64,000 nucleotides of DNA, taken from NCBI GenBank assembly GCA_951406725.2, contig OX597816.1, positions 47,244,001-47,308,000 of the forward strand, written 5' to 3'. A model generated the notes under the pieces. It saw nothing but the letters and a program-made list of their open reading frames with translations. It was not told the origin of the DNA and made no database searches. Shown here in pieces: positions 38,466 to 51,479 of the stretch (position 1 is its first letter; every line of letters starts with the position of its first letter). The translations under genes were made by a program, and so were the position numbers. Source of the DNA: Octopus vulgaris (taxonomy: Eukaryota).

Positions 38466-39764
38466 ATAAGTAAGCAATGCTTTGAGTGAGAGAATGAACA
38501 TTGAATAAAAAGCAATGAAACAAAACATTGATTTCATCCTTGACAACCAGTTTGCTATGGCTGGAAACAAAACAGTTGATTAGCTTGTGAATACTGTTTC
38601 CTAGGCATTAAAAGCATTGTTCTTTATATACACTACCTACACATGTTTAAGTGAAAGGAGGAATCTTAGGGAGTTTGAAGGTTTTATTTTTATATCCTTT
38701 TGACCACAAAAGGGTGAAGTGTCCATAATACTTCTAGGTTCCATCAGACAACATATAATAATTTTTTGCACAGATGTGATATATTTAAATTGTATTAACA
38801 ATTATTCATGTTCTGTTGCCATGGCTATTCTTTATAGCAATGATGAAAGTAAGGTCAAATTTCTAATTAATATATAGAAGTATTGTTAGAAGTAAGACTT
38901 CAACCTGATGATCAAGTTTATGATATCATAAATAGATGTAAAACTTTAGAAGAAATCAGTTAAATTTATGTTCAAAGACTTAATAAATTGCATATATGCA
39001 TTAGTAGAAACAAACTGAGTAAATATGCTATCAATTTTAATATTTTTTTGTCTGGTTCGAATCTTCTACCTGCAATTAATTCTACTTGCCCCAGTTCTCG
39101 TCTTGCCTGCCAAGAATGTCTAACTACCTGTCTGAGAATATTACATTAACTTGTCTTGTGTCCTGTTCAGCAAGCGGCTTATCCTCCAACCACTTAATGC
39201 TTTGAAAGCAAGCCATATGCCATATGCATTGTCCCATTATAAGCCTCTTGAGACATACATTTAGATTTTTATCTAAATCCTGCAGTACAACAGGAACTCT
39301 GCTCATGAGTGACAGAAATTCTATAGTTTATTCTGTTAGTCATTGTGTCCTGTGTTTTTATTTTTTAAATTTTTGTCTTTTTATCTAGAGACATTCTTAC
39401 AATAAATTAGTATAGAACTTTCTTATGTGACATGATTGTTGCTAAGAACATTAAGTTAAAACCCAGTCAAGCAAAACATTGTATTTTGGTAACATCCTTT
39501 TCATACATTTCCATTAATATATGTTCAAACAAAATTCAACTTTGCTTATTTCGCTGTTTGTTGATATAAGTAAAAGTATATATAAAAAAGCAAAAAAATT
39601 TTTGATTGGAACTTGAAATTATTCTTTTCTCTTATTATTGTTGTTGTTGTTATTGTTTGTGGCCAATAAAGAATTGTTGTTGCTGTTGTTGTTTTTTGCT
39701 CTTCTTCTTCTTCTTCTTTAACTTGCATTAAAGATATTTCAAATTTCAAACATTTGCATATAAC

Positions 39765-39805
39765 AGCAGCAGTAACAACAACAACAACAACAACAACAGC
39801 AGCAG

Positions 39806-39839
<34 letters not shown>

Positions 39840-39950
39840 AACAACAACAAAACACTAGCAGTAGCAACAAACAATGACAACAATACAAGAAGAAGAAGAT
39901 GATGATGAAGAAAAACAACAACACCACCACCACCAACAACAACAACAAAG
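39765..39950. repeat. (CAA/CAG)n trinucleotide tract
   Basis: Direct reading. Confidence 0.9.
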
Positions 39951-40492
39951 GCAATAAATGAAATAGATGCAAAACATTGTATATCCGACCAATTTGCATC
40001 TAATCATAGATTCCTTGAAATATATTTACAAAGCTAATGGCTTTTCAAGATGCAAACTCTAATTTTGCATTAAATGTTCTTTCTTGTAGCTGATAAATTA
40101 TATCAATCATTAGAGGTCAAATTTTGTTTTATATTCTTTAAAGCCACCAGCCACTCGAAGGAAACATTTTTTAAAACCAACCCCACCAACCCCAAAAATA
40201 AACATGCGATCAAGAAGTAGAAGTATGTCTTTTATGTTTAGTATCCAATAAATCAGGATTGTATAATCAGAAAATACTAAAGTAACACTTCTACACCGTT
40301 TGTATTCATTTCACATTTGTAACTCATTTCATTAACTGAGAGAGAGAGAGAGAGAGAAAGAGGGAGAGAGAGAGAGAGAGAGAGAAAGAAAGAGAAAGAG
40401 AAAGAGTACACATGTGCATATGCATGACTGTGTGTGTGTCTATGTATGTTTTTCTTTCAGTTATACACACACACACGCACATATATATAAAT

Positions 40493-41090
40493 CAGCTCCG
40501 TCGCGTGACTTTTAGAGGCCCCCTGCAACTTTTTGTTTCAAGGCCCCATCCCTTCAATCAAAATTCATAATATTTGCACCTCTTATTCATAGCTATATTT
40601 TACTTTAATTTATCTGAAGTTCAGGGTTTCACGTTATCCTAAAGAAAATCTTTAAAAGTAGAAGTTAAATTCATTTAGGTCTATTAGAAATTTCAATAAG
40701 TAAAACTTCCAGATATAAATAAAAGAGCACTTATATAATCCAGGCAACTTTCAAAGACAAACATGGCTCAATTTTCACTTCGCGAAGCCATTGATCAGTT
40801 CAGAATAATCAAGCTGAGAGCTAAGTTCATATTCAATTGATATCATAGACAATCCATAAAGTCTGGTACATGTTTGTGGTAAAATGTAATATTTTTTACA
40901 AGGCTTTTGCAGGTAAAATGTATTACCATTTTATTTCTTAAAATTTTCAGTTAACATAGTTTAATTCTTGTTCAACATCTTAACCAAAGTAAATAGATGA
41001 CTCATCTACGTACTATGATCTTAACATGGGGCCCCACAACCATGGAGGCCCCCTCCAACTGCAGTGGTTGCAGGGGTTTAGCAATGACCT
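40493..41090 (-). mobile_element. Non-autonomous hAT element retaining the transposase C-terminus
   Basis: Minus strand 40780-40865 reads RLYGLSMISIEYELSSQLDYSELINGFAK, the hAT dimerisation-domain end (RLxGLxxxSIE..L...LDY..LI..FA). Subterminal gaggccccc motifs at both ends; degenerate TIRs. Confidence 0.8.
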
Positions 41091-41111
41091 TTATATAAAT
41101 AAATAATATAT

Positions 41112-41163
<52 letters not shown>

Positions 41164-41709
41164 AGGGCACAAGTCTGACTAATATAAACAGCACACATCA
41201 GTTGCTTTCCAACAGATATATGATCAAGCCTGTGGTAGTAGAGTCCTCCAGTGTCCTCAGCCCCCAGACCATATCCCTGTTCATTGCTATTGGGGTGGAG
41301 ATGACTATCCACAAATACTAGCACTGTGACTCAGAGTGGCTCTTCCAGCAGATCTCCCTCACTATCCTCTGGGGTAATGCCTTTTCCGTTTTGTCAGCTG
41401 AGACCATGAGGCGATCTGAATTACAGGAAACTGACTGGATGTAAGAAGTTCATAACTTACTACATGAACAATAAACATATATGCTATACAAAACACATGA
41501 TTAATTAAAAACAATCTGAATAAATAAAATTACAGTTGAGTGAGTAATCTGAGTGCTAAAGGATTAATCACAATTGATTAATCAAAGTTGATCTTGGAAT
41601 ACACTACAGCAATGGCAGTGAACACAAAAACAACTACAATAGCAGTTGTAACAAGAACAATAGCTTCTACAACAATCAACAAAATTCTATAAAAAAAAAC
41701 AATTTTCCG

Positions 41710-41930
41710 TGACCGATGCCAGTACCGCCTGACTGGCCCTTGTACCAGTGGCACGTAAAAGCACCCACTACACCCTCGGAGTGGCTGGTGTTAGGAAGGG
41801 CATCCAGCTGTAGAAACTCTCCAATCAAGATTGGAGCTTGGTGCAGCCATCTGGTTCGCCAGTCCTCAGTCAAATCATCCAACCCATGCTAGCATGGAAA
41901 GCGGATGTTAAACAATGATGATGATGATGA
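41710..41930 (+). mobile_element. RTE 3' tail
   Basis: aaaagcacccactacac..ccatgctagcatgg..(GAT)n. Confidence 0.85.
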
Positions 41931-42702
41931 TTTAGTCTGATTCTGCTATTTCTGTTAATTTATTGCAATGTATTCAATATATTCAATGTATTCAATATAT
42001 TCTATATTTCTTTTATTCTTTTACTTGTTTCAGTTGTTGGACTGTGACCATGCTGGAGCTACCTTGAAGGGTTCAGGCAAATAAATCGACTCCAGTGCTT
42101 ATTTTTAAAGGCTGGCCCTTATTCTATTGTTTTCCTTTGCCAAACCGCTATGATATGGGAACATAAACAAACCAACACTAGTTCTTAAGTGGTAATATGA
42201 CAAGCACAAAGACATGCATGCGCGTACATATACATATATACACACACACAAATGCATTACATATACATATATGCATATAAATACATGCATACACATGCAC
42301 ACACATACATACACATGCTCAAATATATATACATTTACATGCATGCACATACATACATGCATGTACATGCACTTACATACATGCACACATACACACAAAT
42401 GCGCATACACATATATATACACACACATGCATACATATATAAATACATACTTGCATATACATGCATAAAATAATACTAACATAAATGCATGTAACCATGC
42501 ATGTGTACATCTGTACATACTTGCATGCATACATACATGCATACATACATGCACACACACACACACATACATACATACATACATACATACATACATACAT
42601 AGAGTTAATCCAAACATGAAAACACATAGAGAAAACACAACAACGTGAGGATGAGGAACAAGTATAGAGTTATTGGACGCTCAGGAAAGAAGGAAAGAAG
42701 GA

Positions 42703-42742
42703 GGATTTAACGTTTCAAGTGGAGCTCTTCGTCAGAAACATA
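42703..42742 (-). ncRNA. Minimal hammerhead ribozyme motif (loopless AC/GT stem III)
   Basis: Minus strand: gttt-CTGACGA-a-gag[ctcca]ctt-GAAAC-GTT-aaat. Confidence 0.65.
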
Positions 42743-42842
42743 GGAAAAGGAAAGATCCAAGGAAGGGAAGACAGAGGAAAAAAATCGCCAACGGTACACA
42801 CGCGGTCACATACATACATACATACATACATACATACATACA

Positions 42843-42874
<32 letters not shown>

Positions 42875-42982
42875 CATACATACATGCACACATGTTTACG
42901 AAAATAAACAAAAGACGAAGGCAGGTGGAGTACAAACAAACAAATGTATTAGTATAACGCTCAGGAATAGAAATAGAAAAAG

Positions 42983-43020
42983 TCTTTTACGTTTCGAGCC
43001 TATGCTCTTTGACAGAAAGA
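42983..43020 (-). ncRNA. Minimal hammerhead-like motif with a variant core
   Basis: Minus strand: tcttt-CTGTCAA-a-GAGC[atag]GCTC-GAAAC-GTA-aaaga. Stems I and II are perfect; the core differs from CTGANGA at two positions. Confidence 0.6.
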
Positions 43021-43847
43021 TACACAGAAAAAAACAAGGAGAGAAAAAAATACATATATACAACAGGCTTCCAAATGGTTTCCATTTACCAAATTCACTC
43101 TCAAGGAATTGGTCAGTAAGGATCTATAGTAGAGGATACTTGCATTCAGACCCACACAGTGGGACTAAATGCAAAACCAAAACCACCGGTTTCAAAGTAT
43201 TAACACCTAATTAAAAATTCTTATGCATTGAAGAAAGCTAACATTAGTTCAATAAAAAAAAAAAACATTGTTTTATCCATTTGTAAGGGAGACTATCCTG
43301 GTCATGTTTCAGTATTATTGTATCACCTCAATGAAATATAGACTTCACTGAGATTACTGAAGTAGAGACAAAAGAATCATTAAGTACATTTACAATATTA
43401 TATATAAGTAGTTGTAAAAAATAAGTATAATTAAAGAAATAAATCACTAATGATAATTCACTAATGATGCTGTCTGCTTGGAAAACAATAAATTAAATTA
43501 GTGCAAAGATACTTAAAACAATATTACTTACTGAGATAATATTGTCTTATTACTGATTAGGTTTTTAACATACTTTGTATATTCTTGTATTCCTTTGCTG
43601 ATTTTATTCTTTAGACTGTGGCCATGTTGGAGCACTGCCTTCAGGGGCTTAGTTGGTTATATTAACCACAGTGCTTATTTTTAGCTGTTATATTTATAGA
43701 CAGAAATGAAAACTCAAAACCATAAAAGGACACAGACACACACACTTACACAAATACATAAACACATATATGTATACATGTAAGTAAATATTATATACAG
43801 TAGTACCTCAATTTTTGAACAACTTTGACTGCAAATAAATCATGCTT

Positions 43848-43929
<82 letters not shown>

Positions 43930-44068
43930 TAGATACATATAAAGTATGATTTATTCATGATCAGAGGCGCTTGTAAACTGAGATACTACTGTATTAAATG
44001 AATATGAGAAAGACAGGAGATAAAGTACAATTTATTCATGATCAGAGTTGTTCAAAAACTGAGGTTCT

Positions 44069-44130
<62 letters not shown>

Positions 44131-44135
<5 letters not shown>

Positions 44136-44450
44136 CTGTTGTGTCTGGGGAGAGTCATTTTCTTTTTGTGCCTTATAATATAACATACTCACTGGTAAAA
44201 TTTCCACTTATTTTTTATTTTTATTTTCCTAAAATTTTTGTTGAGTCTTGCAACCTTTTCAATAGTCTTTTTGTTTAAAGGCCCCATCCCTTCAATCAAA
44301 ATTCATATTTGCACCTCTTATTCATGAAGTTCAGTATTTCACGTTATCCTAAAGAAAATCTTTAAAACGACTTTCCCCAGACACAACAGAATATGCTTCA
44401 ACACACGAACTCACATAAAGAATCTTGCAAACCAAATCCAAAAACAAATA
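44131..44450. mobile_element. pLTR-like module with inverted segments and a captured ~100-bp hAT fragment
   Basis: ctgttgtgtctggggagagtc versus gactttccccagacacaacag (inverted); 44267-44367 matches 40529-40657. Confidence 0.6.
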
Positions 44451-44548
44451 TATATATATACATACATACATATATATATACTATATATTAAATAGTATAT
44501 ATATATATATATAGTGTGTGTGTGTGTGTGTTTATATATATATAAATA

Positions 44549-44722
44549 ACACCCACTACACTCGCGGAGTGGTTGGCGTTAGGAAGGGCATCCAGCCGTA
44601 GAAACACTGCCAGATCTGACTGGGCCTGACGAAGCCTCCCAGCTTCACAGACCCCAGTTGACCCGTCCAACCCATGCTAGCATGGAAAATGGACGCTAAA
44701 CGATGATGATGATGATGATGAT
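44549..44722 (+). mobile_element. RTE 3' tail, nearly identical to 10595-10770
   Basis: Shares ctcgcggagtgg and gcctgacgaagcc variants with the young copy. Confidence 0.9.
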
Positions 44723-44908
44723 ATATTTCATTTACAAAATATCTTTCCTCTTACTAACATAGAATGAAAACTTATGAAAGCATGAAATTATCACTAACTT
44801 CTTAGACATGATTAGCACAAGTGAAGCCAGCCAACATAAAATTTCTGTACATTTTCCTTTTACAATTTTTACAATTCACCATGTATAAAATATTTTTTAT
44901 CAAACCTT

Positions 44909-44939
<31 letters not shown>

Positions 44940-44964
44940 CCTTTCTTTCTTCCTCTCTACATAT

Positions 44965-45788
44965 GTGGATGTGCAATGTCAGTGTGCATATATGGCAGAA
45001 TGTAAATGTCTTGAGAGAAAAGTTAGGAATAGGACGTATCAGATGTGGTGTGCAAGAGAGATGACTGCACTGGTATGGTGATGTGATGCATATGTACAAG
45101 GACAGCTGTGTGAAGAGGTGCTGATCTCTAACTGTGGAGGGAACCTGTGTGAAAGAGATAGATCCAGGAAGACATGGGATGAGGTGGTGAAGTATGAGCT
45201 TCGAACGTTGGGCCTCATGGAGGCAATGACAAGTGACTGAGATCTTTGGTGGTATGCTGTGCTTGAGAAGACCTGTCTATCCAAGGGAAATCACAGTTGT
45301 AGCTGATGCCAGTGTTGCGTAATTGGCATTCATGCTGGTGGCATGTAAAATGTACCCTTTGAACACTGGGGCGATATGCTGTGTTTGAAAAGACCCATCA
45401 AGCCAAGTGAAATGGTAGTCGTGGTTGATGCCAGTGTTGTGTAACTGGTACTTGTGCAAGTGACATATAAAAGCAACCTTTGAACTTTGGACCTCACAGG
45501 GACAGTGACAAGTGACTGAGACCTTTGGAAATATACCTGTCAAGCAAAGAGAGATCATAGCCATGACTAATGCTGGTCTTTCACAACTGGCATCCCTGCA
45601 GGTGGCACATAGAAAGCACCCACTGCACTCTTGGAGTGGTTGGCATTAGGAAGGGCATCAAGCTGTAGAAACCATACCAAATCAGATTGGAACCTGGTGC
45701 AGCTCCTCAGCTTACCAGGTTTCAGTCAAACCGTCCAACACATGCCAGCATGGAAAGCAGACGTTAAATGATGATGATGATGATGATG
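44965..45788 (+). mobile_element. Older RTE LINE 3' end (ORF C-terminus, 3' UTR and tail)
   Basis: Homologous to 9650-9938 (gagagatgactgcactggtatggt; aagacatgggatgaggtggtg); ends in (GAT)n. Confidence 0.85.
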
Positions 45789-45805
45789 AAGATATATGTA
45801 TATAT

Positions 45806-46325
45806 CAGTCCCACTGCGTGGCATCTTGGGCAAGTGTCTTCTGCTATAGCCCCGGGCCGACCAATGCCTTGTGAGTGGATTTGGTAGACAGAAACTGAAA
45901 GAAGCCTTTCGTATATGTGTATATATGTATGTGTGTATGTGTGTGTATATGTTTGTGTGTCTGTGTTTGTCCCCCTAGCATTGCTTGATAACCGATGCTG
46001 GTGTGTTTACGTCCCCGTCACTTAGCGGTTCGGCAAAAGAGACCGATAGAATAAGTACTGGGCTTACAAAAGAATAAGTCCTGGGGTCGATTTGCTCGAC
46101 TAAAGGCGGTGCTCCAGCATGGCCACAGTGAAATGACTGAAACAAGTAAAAGAAAGGAAGAAAGAAAGATATAAATACGAGGGTTTCTGTGCAGTCTCTG
46201 TCTCCCAAATTTCACTCACAGGGTATTGTTTGGTTGACTCTGAAGACACCTGTCCATGATGCCATGCAGTGTGAATGAACCTGGAACCACAGAGCTTCAA
46301 TGTAAACTTCTTAACAGCATAATTG
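45806..46325. mobile_element. Young CORE-SINE (+, 45806-46155) followed by an inverted older SINE head (-, 46180-46325)
   Basis: Core and tail motifs; CpG-rich. Confidence 0.85.
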
Positions 46326-47128
46326 GCCATATCATATCATATCAAATATGATAACACTAACTTAACTACTCTTTTCTCATGCAACAGGTGACTTTGAGTA
46401 ATAATCCTCCAATGTTTTTTTTTTTATTGATTTAAGTTTTAAAAGAAGAAAATTCTTTTAAAACCTATTCAGAAGAGGAGTGTGTGCATAGCCTTTTTCA
46501 GGGCCTCCAAGACAGGTAATAAGATGGGAAGAGGATTTCCTCTGATGGATGATCTGGCCTGAATCCTTGCGGTAGAGTGGGTTTCATTTGGCTAGCGGCA
46601 TCTATGGGCTAGTGCTTGGTGTTAAAGATGGGGATCAAGGCTACTGAATGCAGAAGATAACTGCTTAATTCATATGAAAATAGTATAGTGTATGTCTGTG
46701 AGGGAGAGATCAACCTCAATGAATAGTTACAAGGTGATGGCAAAAGGGTGGGGTGGGGGAAGAAAGAGAAACAGAATAAAAAAAATTACATGGTGTAAAT
46801 TATGATAGGAAGAAAAGTAAAATTTATGACTAGCAATGTGAAGAGGGGCGGGAGGGAAAAGATGAACAAAAAAGGATAAAGAAATATGGAAGAGAAGGAA
46901 GAAGCAGTATGAGTAGAAGAGAGATGAGGAGAGAGTACTAGAATTTTTTAAAAAATGGGCAAGGAAGATGTTAGGCACAGAAAGAGGATGAGGCTTAGGA
47001 AGCAAATGAAGAAAAAGATTTGGCAGGCAAAAAAGAAAAAAAAAAAGAAACACGTTGTCTTGTTTCTATATTTCTGATTTCTATATTGAACAAAGATTTC
47101 AACTTAGCTTAAAATGTTTGGGGGTGCT

Positions 47129-47173
47129 CGTCACTGAGGAGGTTAATTCTGGTTGAAACACTAGTGTCTGATG
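47129..47173 (+). ncRNA. Type I hammerhead ribozyme motif with a canonical core and palindromic stem III
   Basis: cgtca-CTGAGGA-ggtta[attc]tggtt-GAAAC-actagt-GTC-tgatg; stem III acactagtgt is self-complementary. Confidence 0.75.
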
Positions 47174-47736
47174 ACATTTTAAATGAGCTCTATGTTTTTA
47201 ACTCACAAAGCCTCTTAACAGAAGTTTCTTTAGCACAAAATATTACATCTAGTGGTGGTTTACATTTGTGAGTGTGTGTACATTTGTGTGTGTATGTGTG
47301 TACACATATACAAACTATTAAGGTTGCTGTTCACAATTTAAAGCCAAAATGCACATGTACAATTATCCCTAAAGGGACTAAGGTTGCAAGCCAGCACCAG
47401 CATTGCAAGCAATGAGAATCAAAGCAACTCTTAGCCATGGGCAAAGCACTTATTTATTGACTAACAAATGAGACACAGTCAACAGGTGAGATCTAGAGAT
47501 GCTCAATATTAAAAAACACATAGTAGTGCTCCAATGATTTGAATTTATACTCTGAGGTCTTTATCAAGGATTAAACCTGTGGGGTAAAGAGTGGCAATAA
47601 GAAAAATCCAGGCAGGCTAATATGGAAATAGTCATGCAGATGAATATATATATAAATATCTATATGCTTGTATATAAGTGTGTATTTTCTGAATATTTTC
47701 ACTTTTTGTATACCCCATATTCAAATCTTCATGTGC

Positions 47737-47767
<31 letters not shown>

Positions 47768-47776
47768 TGTATGTGT

Positions 47777-48110
47777 GAAGGCGCATGGCTCAGTGGTTAG
47801 AGCGTCGAGCATACGATTGCAAAGTTGTGAGTTCGAATCCCAGACTGGGCTGCATGTTGTGTTCTTGAGCAAGACACTTTATTTCAAGTTGCTCCAGTTC
47901 ACTCAGCTGTAGAAATGAGTTGCGACGTCAAAGGTGCCAAGCTGTATCGGCCTTTGCCTTTCCCTTGGATAACACAGGTGGTGTGGAGAGGGGAGGCCAG
48001 TATGCATGGATGACTGCTGGTCTTCCATAAACAACCGTACCTGGACTTGTGCTTGGGAGGATAACTTTCTCGGTGCACTCCCATGGTCATTCATGACCGA
48101 AGGGGGTTTC
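47777..48110 (+). mobile_element. Distinct tRNA-derived SINE inserted in (TATG)n
   Basis: A-box tggctcagtgg, B-box gagttcgaatcc, core gtgttcttgagcaagacacttt and a unique tail. Confidence 0.8.
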
Positions 48111-48775
48111 TACATGTATGTATGTATGTATGTATGTATGTATGCATGTATATTTATATATATCAAGCCTAATTGTGTTTATCAACATCACTATCTCTCT
48201 CTCTCACCTCCCCCTCTCTCTCTATATATATATTTATGAATGCGAGCATGTGTGTGTTTGTGTTGTTTCCTTTCTTTGACATCACATGATAGCTGTAAGC
48301 AAGGTCACTATCATGCAAATGGTTGTCCTCCATTTCCAATCTTTCGAAAAATATTTGGTCATAGGGAAATATTAACTTATTACTTGGAAACAGGTGAGGG
48401 TTGATGATAGGAAGGGCATCCCACCATAGAAAGATTTGTCTCAACAAGGTTCGTTTTAACCCTCAACAATTTCGTTTTAAACATGAAAAAGTGGATGTTA
48501 AATGATGATGATGATTATGTTTTATACTTCATTATTTTAATCAAATGTTTTTCAAGTGCACACACACACACATACACACACACACACACACATCATCATC
48601 ATCATCATCGCTTAACGTCTGCTTTCCATGCTAGCATGATTTGGATGATTTGACTGAGGTCTGGCGAACCAGACTCCAATGTACAGTTAATACATAAGTG
48701 TTTTTATATGCATAAAAACAATGAATACCCATTGAATAAAGGAGAGTGTACATTAAGAGGCTCTAATATTTATAT

Positions 48776-48892
48776 TAATTTAATTGACTGTGATTTCAAT
48801 GTTTCTCATCTCTGCTTCTGTAAGAATTCAAACAAGCAGTTTGAACAAGCTACAGACGTGGTGAAATTTTGAAGTCACTGTTAATTAAATTA
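48776..48892. other. ~117-nt imperfect hairpin
   Basis: taatttaattgactgtgatttcaatgtttc..tctgta..ttcaaac[aagca]gtttgaa..tacaga..gaaattttgaagtcactgttaattaaatta. Confidence 0.7.
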
Positions 48893-48904
48893 TATATATA
48901 TCTT

Positions 48905-48958
<54 letters not shown>

Positions 48959-49635
48959 CATATATATATATATGTATACAATGGCTGACAAGGGAGACAA
49001 GCTCCCTCTCTATGACAAGTGAGATGGAGTCATATCAGTGCTGATTTCAGATTTAATCAGTCTTCATCAGTGACTCATTGCTCTGTTGCTGAGGGTTAAA
49101 GAACCTATATACAGATACATACATATATATAAATATGTGTGTGTGTGTGTGTGTGTATGTATAAATATATGTATATATGTATATATATATATGTATATAT
49201 GTATATATATATATATGTACATATGTATATGTATATATACATACATATACCCATATATAAGCATATCGTTGTGTAAGGTTAGGAAGTTTCCTTCCCAAGT
49301 ACACATTGCACGGGATTCAGTCCTAACTGCGTGACACCTTGAACAATCATCTTTTACTATAACCTCAGGCCAACCTAGACTTGCGAGTTGATGTGGTTGA
49401 TAGAAACTGAAGGAAGATCATCATAAACATGTATGTGTGTATGTGTGTTTGTGTCTCCTTGTCCTGACAGCATATGAATGATAAAAATGAGTGTCAGTAT
49501 CTTTCCTAAAATATGTCCAACCTTGGGGAACTATTATCTTGTTTGGAAACAGGTGAGGTTTGAAGACTGGAAAAGCATTTAGATGTAGAAAATCATTAAA
49601 ATGATGATGTTGATGAAGATGATGATGATGATGAT

Positions 49636-49666
<31 letters not shown>

Positions 49667-49668
49667 AA

Positions 49669-50596
49669 CAGGGTGTTTCAAAATATTTGATATCATTTTG
49701 CAATCTTATAACTTTGCTAGTTCTTGTTCAAATGACTTCGAATTTTAACAACGTGTGTTGAAACAGGTCAAAATTTTATGCTAAATGCTTGATATGTTTA
49801 TCTTTTCAGGGATAGAATTGGCATTCACTGGAAGAGAACAGGCGTTTTGTGTGTTGGAGTATGCTTTAACACAGTTGAACAAGATTGTACAATGTGCATT
49901 TGTGAGAAAGTTCTCTAAAAAGTCACCAACGGCAACGCATATTTGGATAATGCACAAAAAATTCAAAGAGGAAGGCTGTCTGTGCAGGGTACAAGGATTT
50001 GGATGATCATTAACATTGGAAGAGATGGCTGAGTGGGTTTGCCAAAAACCCTTGTGAAGCCCCAAGTAGTCCATAAGAATAAGTCTAAAAATCCAGATTC
50101 CTCTAATGACAGTTTGGCATGTCCTGAGGAGATGCTTGCAAATGAAACTCTACAAGCTGCAACTCATTCAGGCCATAATGGCAGATGACAAATGAAAGCA
50201 CAAACAATTCTATGTTGATATGCAAGAGAAATTTGAAGAAGCCGAGTTCAAGGAACATTTTGTTTTCAGTGATGAGGCCACTTTTCATATGAATGACAAA
50301 GTCAATAAGCATAATGTTCGTATTTGGGGTGAAGAGAATCCCTATGCCACAGTTGAGCATGAGTGGGATTCACCAAAAGTGAATGTGTTCTGTGCCATCT
50401 CCAAGAAGCATCTTCATAGCCTATTTTTCTTTGAGGGAAATGTGACTGGCGATGTGAAATTGTTCATGGAATTCACATACCTTTGAATTTCTCATTCAAA
50501 TTTGGAGGAATAACTCTTATGTTGCTCAATATTAATCCTGTTATGTAGTTTCTGTGATATTTACATCTCAAATTATATCAAATTTTTTGAAATGCC

Positions 50597-50599
<3 letters not shown>
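49669..50599 (+). mobile_element. Tc1-superfamily transposon (DUF4817-type N-terminus), internally deleted
   Basis: TIRs cagggtgtttcaaaatatttgatat / atatcaaattttttgaaatgccctg-ta. EQAFCVLEYA..VQCAFVRKFSKKSP and VFSDEATFHMNDKVNKHNVRIWGEENP..SPKVNVFCAIS. Confidence 0.9.
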
Positions 50600-50635
<36 letters not shown>

Positions 50636-50711
50636 CACACACACATATGTATATAGACACACACACACACACACACATAAATATTTAGTTGAAATAAACA
50701 CATATGTATGT

Positions 50712-50985
50712 ATCATCATCATCATCATCATCATCATCGTTTAACGTCCGTTTTCCGCGCTAGCACGGGTTGGACGGTTCGACCGGGGTCTGGGAAGCCA
50801 GGGGCCGCTCCAGGCTCCAGTCTGATTCTGGCAGAGTTTCTATGGCTGGATGCCCTTCCTAACGCCAACCACTCCGTGAGTGGATTGGGTGCTTTTTACG
50901 TGCCACCTGCACAGGGGCCGGGGGTCCGGCATCGGTCACGATCGGTTCGAGCTTTTAACGTGCCAGGGACACGGGGGCAACGGGA
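50712..50985 (-). mobile_element. RTE 3' tail, CpG-rich subfamily
   Basis: (CAT)n, then ccgcgctagcacgg (variant of the palindrome) and ggatgcccttcctaacgccaaccactcc. Confidence 0.85.
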
Positions 50986-51479
50986 TACGGGGTAGAGTTG
51001 AGTTGGGGGGGTCCAGCTGAGAAAGATTTCACCAGTGAAAAGAGAGGGAGAGATAGTAAAGGGGTGCAGGTAATATAGGGGAGCACCAGTGGGGAAGGTT
51101 GGGGGAGGAGGAACGATGGCAGGAAGGGTTGGTGAAGGTTCGTAAGAAATATAAACGTAGGATGTGTATATATATATATGGGTAGGTGTGGGGAAGGTTG
51201 GGTGGGTAAGGAGGAACGATGGCAGGAAGGGTTGGTGCAGGTTCGTAAGAAATAAAAACGTAGGATATTACGAGGCATGGAGGGGACTGGAAGGAGATAG
51301 TAGGATTGAGGCAGTGTCAGATTCAAAACAGGAGGAAGCGTAAGATCAGAGGGCGGTTGATGAGCTGAGACGCTAGCAGCTTGTCTTTTCTCAGTGAAAG
51401 CATATGAGGAGAAGGGGTAGGAAGGGGTGGTGGGGGAGGAGGAGGGAGTATCCGGTGTAGATGGTGAGAACAGTGTTCA

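Larger units (their letters stand above)
42015..43190 (-). mobile_element. CORE-type SINE (tail 42015-42200, core 43060-43190) split by microsatellites and two pLTR-like modules
   Basis: SINE tail and core motifs flank (TACA)n and the hammerhead modules. Confidence 0.7.

Noticed and set aside
39124-39306. 60-aa ATG ORF on the minus strand in unique sequence
   Set aside because: Length is expected by chance and no domain is recognised.
47777-47850. tRNA gene candidates (also 15258, 17772, 18693, 19587)
   Set aside because: The A/B boxes continue into SINE bodies; there is no complete cloverleaf or terminator.
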